Virus record (IMG/VR): IMGVR_UViG_3300006056_000034
Span: 4,078 to 68,077 of that record
Source of the DNA: a virus
Length of the DNA: 64,000 bases
Direction: 5' to 3' (one strand)
How positions within the stretch are numbered: position 1 is the first letter of the stretch; each line of letters begins with the position of its first letter. Made by a program: the position numbers and the translations under genes. Shown here piece after piece: positions 29,653 through 38,800 of this stretch. Below the pieces are notes generated by a model. The model saw nothing but the letters and a program-made list of their open reading frames with translations, was not told the origin of the DNA and did no database searches.

Positions 29653-32600
29653 TGAACTTTCACTCCACTAGTGCTGATAGTAGTAATGTTTACTGTAGAC
29701 GTTGCGTTTATAGCATTTAGCGTATCTATTATATTTCTGTCTATTTCTGCATCAGCTATATTAGAAACTCTATCCAGGACTAAAGATGCTGCTTCGAAGT
29801 TTGACTTCGCATTTGTTTTAAATGATTTAAAATATGTATTCATTTCAAATCCTGCTATACCAGCGATATATGGCGAACCATTCCATAATAATGGAAATAT
29901 TCTTATAGGCTCTCTGGTTTGTTCTATCTCTTCTATCTTGGCGTAGGCTGCAAGACCAATTATGCCAGCTCCTAATATTACCGGAAAGCCAGCGGAGGTA
30001 GCAACAGTAAGAAATGTCATTCCAGTTCTCAATAGCACATTTGCAGCCGTCCTTGCAACTGAACCAAAGAAGCCACCAGACTGACTTGCTCCCCATATTA
30101 AAAGAGAATCATAAAGAGCGGCTACTGCACTTCTTGTTGCTGCGTTTGTTACTGCTACAGCCGCCTTGCCTGTCTCTAGAATCACGCTTGATGAAAAGCC
30201 TGATGCAAGATATGCCGCTGTATCATAGAAGAATAGTCCTCTATATAGTGCAGTAAATGATGCAGCACTTAATGCACCTATCGCTACAGTAGGGGCACCT
30301 TGCACGAATCTTGCCGTAAGATAGGCTGCTGTAAATCTTTTATTCTCATCGTTTATTTCGGCCATTTGTCTGCTTGCAAATAAACCAAGCATAGAAGATA
30401 CGGTGTTGGTCCTATTATATGCGAATAAATTGCTTTGTGTCTCTAGTACTATTTTGTTTGTTATGATTGCAGCCGACATAGCTAATTTCGTAAACAGGGT
30501 AGAATAAATATACTGTGAAGCCTCTACGTATAGACCAGGAGTTATTACTGTAAGATAGCCATCATTCTCATTTATTATATGAGAACATTCCCTTATCTTT
30601 ATTACTCCATTAAGACCTCTTGTTGTGTCGTTGATGTACGCATAGTCTCCGGCTTTCATGTTTTGATTTCCTATCAATACAATTTTGCCACCATACATCT
30701 GTTCTGCCTGATGCTTTAACTCACTTGTTCCATACCTGTACGCAGACCCTTTATGGTCCGCGCCGTTCATATTCAACTCCATACTTCTTATTGCAAACGG
30801 TTTTAGATTATCATCCATCTGCATAGAGTAGTATTCGTATTCATCTTCCTGAATCATATCATCAGTAGTTGGGTTATCGTTAAAATACCTTACATTGATC
30901 TTGGTTTTGAATGATGCGTTAAGCTGTATCAGGTTTGAAACAATATCTTGTTCACTTGTTATTATATGAAACTCTGCTGCTGGCTTTAGGTCTTTCCATT
31001 TTATCTTGTCTACAGCCTCGTCTACTATATTGAATGTAGTAGGTAGGCTTCCCTTAAATGTTGATATTGGTGCATCTCTATATATGTAAAGTTGTTCTTT
31101 AATCCCAAAGAAAAATGTTGCTCTTTCCTTGTAGTTGAACACAGAAGACCATGTGCCTGGATGCCTATATTGCATCTCTTTGAGTATTTCCCATACGGTA
31201 GTATTGAATATTGGAAAGTGAGCTAATACGAATGCATCAAAAGAGAACAGTCCCCTTACTAGTCTTGCTAATATGTTGTTGCTTAAAGTGAACTGCTTAT
31301 CATTGTCTTCAATCACTGGAGAATAAACATTTGTAAACACTTCACTGTTATTATCCCACCATACCCCAAGTATAAAGTCCCCACTTGCAGAACTCTTTCC
31401 TACTTTTTCTGAGTTTAATATAGTTCTTGTATTATCCGATGCATCAGATTTATTACCGCGCAATATAGATCTAGCATACATATTCTGATGATTTACCATG
31501 TAGTATGTTTGTCCAAAATGATATATCTCTTTGGATCTCAATACTTCGTTTATGACACCGCTAGTAGATGCATTAAGACCACCGCTCGCACTCTGTACTT
31601 TATTAACGCCATGAGTAAGCATAATTAGTTCTCTACCATAGCCCTCTGCTACAACAGAAAGAATGGATTCGCCTTCTACCTCTGTTATTTCTCCATTAAA
31701 TACTGTCTCTAGCTCGTTAGGATCATTGCTGTAGCCTATTCGCACATGGAGTCTTGTACCAGTAGTTATTCTTAACTTGCCAATTCTGTCTCTATAGTCA
31801 AAGTCTGTATTTAGTTTACTATAGTCAAACGTACCAGATATATTTACTTGACCGGCAGCTAAGTCTGAATAGATGCTTCCAGGATTTGCTATATTTAAAG
31901 CCATAACAGCGACAGGATTATCTTCATCTGCTGTCTGTATCCTTACATCTGATACGCCAAACACTTCATATAGATTAGTATCTCTTGGAGGTATGATTGC
32001 CAACCTAGATTGCCAGTCGTCTCTTAATCCTTCTACTAGGTAAACTTTTACCACAGGAATACTTCTACTTAATCCTGTAGACAAATAGTTTCCTGTTCTT
32101 AGACTCCTATATGCTGCCTGATCGGCTTCACCAAACTGATCTATTCCGGTTGTCTTCATTCCTTCAAATTTAAGGCTTCTTGCTTTAGTTAATAATCCAC
32201 TAGGTTTTCTTGCGTCATTTTTACTTTCACCTAATTTATCTGCGTCATTGACCACATCCGACATTCCTATTCCAGATGTTTGTGTTGGAATATCAGACAC
32301 TCCAAAGCCTACTGGTAATTCAGGGATGTTTGTTAATGCTGGATTTTTATTATTATTAATTGGATCATCTGGGCTAACAATATTATTATATAGCTGTAGA
32401 TTTTCTTTTTGAGCCATATTGTTTGCGGCAGTATATAGGCCAACTCTATCTGGCACTGCTTTTGCAAATCCACCTTCTATCTTAACGTATCCGCCGCGTA
32501 TCATTTCTAGATTGAAGTCAACTCCATCGGCGTCAATTAGTATAGCAACGTCCCTGCCGCCCGCATTGGCATCAGCTGACTTCTCTGGCTTATATACTGA

Positions 32601-35600
32601 AACTGGATACTTTGCGTTTCTAAATAACGACTGTAGCCTTGCGTGTGCTTCCTTTCCGCCCTTTTGTCCTGGAGATGCAAATATAGATGTTGCGTCTACT
32701 TTGTGTTCTGTCTCTGGAGCATTGATAGCAAATAGTCTTATGCTTGAGTTTGTACTTCCCGACTGTTTTGTTATTGAAACAGTGTCGCCGTCGGATATAC
32801 TTACCTTGTTATTATATATTGTAGCAAATAGTGTTGTGCCAGCAGGCTTTGTATTGCTCTTTACTACACTAGGATATTTTGTTTGATGGTCTTCTACTCT
32901 ACCAAGGTCTGTAACATAAGCTTGAGTTCCAGTTCTTTTTACCCATGCAGCCTTCCATGCATTTACGAAATTCCTATACGTCATATCCGTTTTCTTTTTT
33001 ATAGGATTGTTGGAGGCGATATGGCTTCTTAGAGAGACGGGTGCGCCATCAATATATACCGTTCCTTTTGGTATTGTATCTGCAAGTGCTGGATCATTAG
33101 CTGCTTTTAATATGTATGGCCAACCAGCTGCGCCTTGCTGATGCATCATATATATATTGAAGGCAGAAGGTTGCAAGCTATGCCTCTTTAGTGCAGTAGC
33201 AGTATAGTCGTATAAGTCTTTTAGCGCAGCATACGTATTGGCATCAACCCTATTGTAGTCTTCTGGTTTATATCCAGCTCTTATTAACTTGGCATTATCA
33301 ACCTGAAATAATCCTTTATATTTTTTGTTGGGATTAATTATATTTTTATCAAAACCTGATTCTATTTTTGCTATAGCAACCATTGTGTCTGGAGAGAACT
33401 GTATGTCATTAGTCTTTCTGAACTTCGCATTATATGCAGCTACGTGTGCTCTTATTTCATCAGCAACAGCCTGCTGCTTGCCCGCAAGTGCTACTTTTTT
33501 AGGCAACACTATATCCTGTCCAGCGATTCTTATTGTTGCATCCGGAACTGTTTCTTCGCCAAGTTTCTTAATGCTCATGCCAACCATTTCTGTATAGTCG
33601 GCATCTGGAGTTCTTATTGCAGCTTTTAGTGCTTCTCCTGTTTTGGTATCTATATACTGAAATACTGTAGACAGAGATATTGCGTCTGCATAAACATCTT
33701 GGTATATAAAGAAGAATGGAGAAAATCTTTTTCCATCACCTTCTCCTAGGTATGACTTTTTATTTACCGAATTAGTTTCATTTCTTGCTGCAAGCAATGA
33801 CTTAAATATATTAAGATCAGACATAGCTTCGTTGTCTATTTCTTTTACTTCTGTATCTACTACAGACTTAAACATTGAGGCAAGAACTTTCACACCTGCA
33901 TCTGCATATTTTAACTGCTGTTTGTTTTTGGAGTTTAATGAAATAAACATCAACTGTTCTGCTGATTTATTTAGCGTATACCTGAAATCCTGAAATCTTT
34001 TTTCTGAAATATCTACTTTGCCTGCAAGTATCTTCTGCTCTATTAGGTCGTATGATACGATCGCCTTTCTCATAGATGAGCCGTAACTCTTTTCTATTTT
34101 ACTTGTATCTTTGCCTAGTAGCGTGTCTGCATAAACTTCTGCGGCCACATAAGATCTATAAAGTATTCCTTCTACTGTTTTGTCATTTGCTAAAAATTCT
34201 TTCCATATATCTACCGCATCTTGTTTTACTGCATTTAGATATGTATTGTCGGTAAGACTTTGTCCTGTATTTAGTCTTTCTATTGCAGCTGCAGCCTCTG
34301 CCTCTTTTGCCTCTATTTTCTTTAGGTAAGTATCATTGCTGGTTCCTTTTAACTTTTCATACACGTCTCTGTTCCCAGTAACAACCTTGTTGCTGCCCTT
34401 CAGGTCTATTGATACTCCATCTACATCTCCATCTATATACTCTTTTGTTACAAGTCTCATCATCCTTACCAAAGGTAATACGTCTATATCGTAGCTCTTT
34501 ACACCACCTGGCTTTAGCTGATCTTTACCTATTAGCTTAGTTAGGTCCGATTCCACAAAAGACAAAGACATAACCTGGTGTCCTTGATCCTCTCCTGATT
34601 CAAATGATGTTTCACTATTAACTATGAAGTAGTGAGATCCAGCCAGTACGTTTAATGGACTACGTATCCTTAGAGACTTTAGCGGCACTAGCTTATTATT
34701 CGCAATATACCTAACCCTTTCTGCCTCCTTGATTGCTGTAGTGATAAGCTCAAATGGGCGAATTGCACCTTCTCTATAATTTGCATTAGAGTTATTTATT
34801 GATATCTCTATATTCATTTCAGATGGAGATTTACCAAGATACTGAATAAAAGGGAATTCATATTTTTGTAGCGCCTGTGCCACTATATTATTTCTTTTTA
34901 CTATAGTTAAAGACTTAACAACATACGGACACTCTTGCGTATCTGGGTCGAGTATATTCATTATGTCTATATCTTGGTATGCTAACCAGTAATTTGATTG
35001 CTCTGATTCTGCAGCATTCTCTTTATCGAAGTATGTATTGATAAACGTAATGGGCTTAAAGTCTTCATCATCAAAACCAACATTATGTATATTGGAGTCT
35101 ATTATTTCTTTTGGCTTATTATCGAATTGAGGCGTAGCATTCATCAAGAGCGGCCTACCTATCGTGAAGCCAGTAGTGCCAAGCTTTGCCATTATCTTGT
35201 TGAACTTATCAGAATTAGATTCATTATCGGCTTTAAAGTAATCACTAAATACGTTTGATTCCTTTAAGTCATTCACTCTGTAAACCTTAAACTCTTCTAG
35301 GTCTATTGCAGTATCCTCATTTGCCGAAGACTCTACTCTCCCTGAACTGCTACCTTCTGGCTTAGGTATTCTGTCGTATGCTAAAAACGACCATGACTTA
35401 ATATAAGGTACATGACTAAACTGATACATATCCATGCTAAGGAATACTACCTTTTTAATAGTCGAGTCTATTCTTAACTGCCATTCTTTTATTGCAAATG
35501 CCGCGAACTCATTATTCTGTAGACCTATTGGTGCTATGAACTGAGATAGTCTTTTTGATTTAATCCATACATACGGATACTTAGTAAGCTCCGTAGACAG

Positions 35601-35810
35601 CAATACTAGGTTTCTGACATCTTCTTCATTCGTCATATCAAATGCAATAGTGGTACTATATATAGCTACTGCACTATTAGACGTATATGAGTATGTAGAG
35701 TTTTCACGTATAAATGTTTGCGAGTCTACAAGCTTCTGGTTAAAGATTTGTATGTCGGTTGGATTTATACGTAGGGTAATGTCATTAATTGAGAATGTTT
35801 CTTGAATCAT
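29649..35810 (-). CDS. Giant baseplate hub-like protein with lytic transglycosylase and staphylococcal-nuclease-like domains
   Basis: SLT motifs AIAKIESGF / YKGLFQ / YMMHQQG (about 33450-32940). SNase motifs ISDGDT / IRLFAINAPE / GGRDVA / NLEMIRGG (about 32810-32390). Hub-like motifs RLHVRIGY...VFNGEITEV...VAEGYGREL and YGGKIVLIGNQNMKAGD. Confidence 0.75.
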   Translation of the reverse strand: MIQETFSINDITLRINPTDIQIFNQKLVDSQTFIRENSTYSYTSNSAVAIYSTTIAFDMTNEEDVRNLVLLSTELTKYPYVWIKSKRLSQFIAPIGLQNNEFAAFAIKEWQLRIDSTIKKVVFLSMDMYQFSHVPYIKSWSFLAYDRIPKPEGSSSGRVESSANEDTAIDLEEFKVYRVNDLKESNVFSDYFKADNESNSDKFNKIMAKLGTTGFTIGRPLLMNATPQFDNKPKEIIDSNIHNVGFDDEDFKPITFINTYFDKENAAESEQSNYWLAYQDIDIMNILDPDTQECPYVVKSLTIVKRNNIVAQALQKYEFPFIQYLGKSPSEMNIEISINNSNANYREGAIRPFELITTAIKEAERVRYIANNKLVPLKSLRIRSPLNVLAGSHYFIVNSETSFESGEDQGHQVMSLSFVESDLTKLIGKDQLKPGGVKSYDIDVLPLVRMMRLVTKEYIDGDVDGVSIDLKGSNKVVTGNRDVYEKLKGTSNDTYLKKIEAKEAEAAAAIERLNTGQSLTDNTYLNAVKQDAVDIWKEFLANDKTVEGILYRSYVAAEVYADTLLGKDTSKIEKSYGSSMRKAIVSYDLIEQKILAGKVDISEKRFQDFRYTLNKSAEQLMFISLNSKNKQQLKYADAGVKVLASMFKSVVDTEVKEIDNEAMSDLNIFKSLLAARNETNSVNKKSYLGEGDGKRFSPFFFIYQDVYADAISLSTVFQYIDTKTGEALKAAIRTPDADYTEMVGMSIKKLGEETVPDATIRIAGQDIVLPKKVALAGKQQAVADEIRAHVAAYNAKFRKTNDIQFSPDTMVAIAKIESGFDKNIINPNKKYKGLFQVDNAKLIRAGYKPEDYNRVDANTYAALKDLYDYTATALKRHSLQPSAFNIYMMHQQGAAGWPYILKAANDPALADTIPKGTVYIDGAPVSLRSHIASNNPIKKKTDMTYRNFVNAWKAAWVKRTGTQAYVTDLGRVEDHQTKYPSVVKSNTKPAGTTLFATIYNNKVSISDGDTVSITKQSGSTNSSIRLFAINAPETEHKVDATSIFASPGQKGGKEAHARLQSLFRNAKYPVSVYKPEKSADANAGGRDVAILIDADGVDFNLEMIRGGYVKIEGGFAKAVPDRVGLYTAANNMAQKENLQLYNNIVSPDDPINNNKNPALTNIPELPVGFGVSDIPTQTSGIGMSDVVNDADKLGESKNDARKPSGLLTKARSLKFEGMKTTGIDQFGEADQAAYRSLRTGNYLSTGLSRSIPVVKVYLVEGLRDDWQSRLAIIPPRDTNLYEVFGVSDVRIQTADEDNPVAVMALNIANPGSIYSDLAAGQVNISGTFDYSKLNTDFDYRDRIGKLRITTGTRLHVRIGYSNDPNELETVFNGEITEVEGESILSVVAEGYGRELIMLTHGVNKVQSASGGLNASTSGVINEVLRSKEIYHFGQTYYMVNHQNMYARSILRGNKSDASDNTRTILNSEKVGKSSASGDFILGVWWDNNSEVFTNVYSPVIEDNDKQFTLSNNILARLVRGLFSFDAFVLAHFPIFNTTVWEILKEMQYRHPGTWSSVFNYKERATFFFGIKEQLYIYRDAPISTFKGSLPTTFNIVDEAVDKIKWKDLKPAAEFHIITSEQDIVSNLIQLNASFKTKINVRYFNDNPTTDDMIQEDEYEYYSMQMDDNLKPFAIRSMELNMNGADHKGSAYRYGTSELKHQAEQMYGGKIVLIGNQNMKAGDYAYINDTTRGLNGVIKIRECSHIINENDGYLTVITPGLYVEASQYIYSTLFTKLAMSAAIITNKIVLETQSNLFAYNRTNTVSSMLGLFASRQMAEINDENKRFTAAYLTARFVQGAPTVAIGALSAASFTALYRGLFFYDTAAYLASGFSSSVILETGKAAVAVTNAATRSAVAALYDSLLIWGASQSGGFFGSVARTAANVLLRTGMTFLTVATSAGFPVILGAGIIGLAAYAKIEEIEQTREPIRIFPLLWNGSPYIAGIAGFEMNTYFKSFKTNAKSNFEAASLVLDRVSNIADAEIDRNIIDTLNAINATSTVNITTISTSGVKVQ

Positions 35811-35811
35811 A

Positions 35812-38800
35812 CTAGTACCTGTTTTCCCTTTTGTCTCTTATGTTTATATTTGTTCTAGGAGAACCTTTGTCTCCAAAGATGGCTCTTCTGATTGCGGCAG
35901 TATCATTTGGTCCACTTCTGTATTCTCCACCAATATTTGCAGCTCTTCCATAGCCTTGCTTTTTGTAGACTGGTGCGTTTTCAGATTGAAGTGCTGGAAG
36001 TATATGATCGCTATTTGATACAGGAATCGACTCTTTTGTCATCTCTGGTTTCTCTGCGCCTAGCGTGGCTGCTGAAATTCCTAGCGCTGCCAATCCTATG
36101 GCTATGGGTTTCCTGTTTTTATATATGTTCCTGCTTGCATTATCATACATGCTACGCGCTCTGCTTGCCACGCTCTTTATTTTATTTGTGCCAGTATCTG
36201 CAAAATCTTCTACGTCCATCGTGCCAGAGCTAACTATCTTCTGTAGATTATCAAGCATATCCCCAAAGTTGTTAACTTTTCTAGCATCTTTTACTCTGCC
36301 TCCACCAAGCTCTATTTGTCTATGGTTTTCTATATTACCTTCTATGATATCGTCAATTGCAAGCTTATAATCAGCCTTTGCTTGTGCTTTTTGCTGTGGA
36401 GTGGCATTGCTTGCGTCTATATTCTCCATTGTTTTACTTCCTAACAATGAATGCATAGCTTTAGATGTCTTAGCTCTATACTGCTCTGTGTCACCTTTGA
36501 GCAGCGATCTGTACGCGTCCTGAAGTGTTTCTATTTCAGATATGCCACGGTTATCCTTCATGGACTGAACCGATCTATGTGCAGATTTAATCAATGTCTC
36601 TGTAAGGTTATGAACTACAGTTCTTCCTTTTATTGACCTTAACATTTTTTCTTCTGCCGTCAATGAAGTATCCGAGCTAACTCTTCTATGGAGTGCTTCG
36701 GTCATGTCCATCGCAATATCGGTTGCTGAAGCAGCTAATATTTTACGCTGCCTACCTTTCATCGCATTAAGAGACTGATCTCCATAGAAATCTGCGACGC
36801 TTGACCAGTCTCTTGTAAACTGTTTGCTTGCGTTGCTTGTTGAGCCCTTTGACGCCATTGAGTTCATGAGTAATTTTGTATTTTCAAATATCTCGTTCTG
36901 AGCCCTCATCATTTCATGAGCTGCTGCAGTATCGGCTGGATTAATTCCTGTTACACGCAAAGTGTCATAATCGAAGTCGGTAAACTGACCCATCTGAAAT
37001 ATATTCTTGCCAGCGTCTCCTGCGTGACCAAGTCCAACATGTCCATCTCTCATTCCGTCTATTTTACTAGCATAAACTTCTGCTATAATTGAAGACAATG
37101 ATCCCTGGGATGGTTCACGAGATACAAGGGATAGTAAAGGGGTTTTATTGCCAGCAGTATCAGATACCATTGCCCTATATACGTCGGTATCTCCAACTTT
37201 CTCAAAAGATAGATCTTCTACATCAAGACCCATCCTTTCTACTATTTCTCTGACACCACTTCTGTTCTTGATGATTGAAGACTGAGATATTACCCCATTA
37301 TCTATAAGATCTGAAAATTCTCCGCCAACACTTCTTGCTAACTCAAATGAGCTTCCTGGAACTGCCCTCTTCATTGCAGCCTTAACTATATTTCCTTCGC
37401 CCCTTGTTAGTCCAACTATCTCTGACTCAAGCGCAGCAAGCTTGGCTTTGTATTTTTCCTTAATTAATTTTCTTTCTCCCGGTCCAGCTGCTGAATATTC
37501 TAGATCTACCTGCAGCAATTCTTTTTTTGCTCTGTCCATTGACTTAAGCATTTCTAGATGTGTTTGCTCTAGGAATCCAGCCCTGTTGGTTGAAACAAAC
37601 GGTATGGCGATACTCTTAATTCCATTTGACTTAACTAGCTCATCCGGCAATGTGAGGTTATAGTTAATGTAATCTCCTGGGGCAGTCACTATTCCATTGA
37701 GCGAGTTTTTACGTGCCTCTGGTTCGAAGTCAAATATCTGTGATAACTCTTTGCTGTTTTTAGCTTTTATTTCATCAGAGATTACTCCATTGTCTCCCAT
37801 GCTATGTATCATTTGCATTTCATATATAGCGTCAGTATTGGATTTGGACATTCTTTCTATCATTTCATCAGTCCATCCAGACTTTACTAATTGAGAGTGT
37901 TCAATCCAAGACATAGATCCTGATTTGCCTATACCATGTAATCCTTCTCCAAGATCTGCTACTACTCTGGTAGTCAATACATCCATGTCTTTAACATCTT
38001 TAACATTGTTTTTTATTATATTCATCAACATTCCTTCGGCCATTGCTGGGTCTTCCGCAAATAATCTGCCTCCCATTAATTTGCCAAGATCAGCGATAGA
38101 TTGTGCATCATTGTTCTTTCTAGCCAGGTCTGCTAGTGTCATAAATATATCCGAGTTTCCTTTATAGTCCATTGTTGCATGTATAAATGTAGACGCTCTT
38201 GTTACCTCTAGGTCTGTTGATTGAGGATTGACTATTGTTCTAGCCATATCGCCCCAAATGCCTGTCTCGCTCATTTTACCTGCATCAGTAAGTATTCCCT
38301 TTAGCTTATCTCTTCCTTTTATTCCAAGTGAATCTGAGCCAGCATCTGCTGCTGTAAGCATTATGTCTGAATCTATTTTTAATGCAGTTTTTATTTCGTC
38401 AGTAAATAACGTACTTGGACCATTGCCTCGTATTGAGTCTCTTATTGTTTTTTCTGTTAAGTTTGCTAATTGGTCAGGAGTTGGTGCGACTGGTATTATG
38501 CCAATACCTTTTGCTTGGTTTCTTAAATGTATAGCATTGGTCTTTTTAACTATTGCATCTTGGACGTCTAGGAACCCTTGTGTGTCCCTGTCTATTGAGA
38601 TACCCAAAGTGCTTTGGTCTACAGATATTGTTCCGCTCTTATATAGTGATGAAAATATAGATATAGCGTCATATGTTTTATCCGCTACATCAGCATATCC
38701 AGCTTTTGACGATGGACCAAAAAGCTTTAGCCATGACTGCGTTGTTGTGTCAAAGTCAGCCTTAACATGTACTGTTAATTTGTTTTCGCCGGCAGTTACA

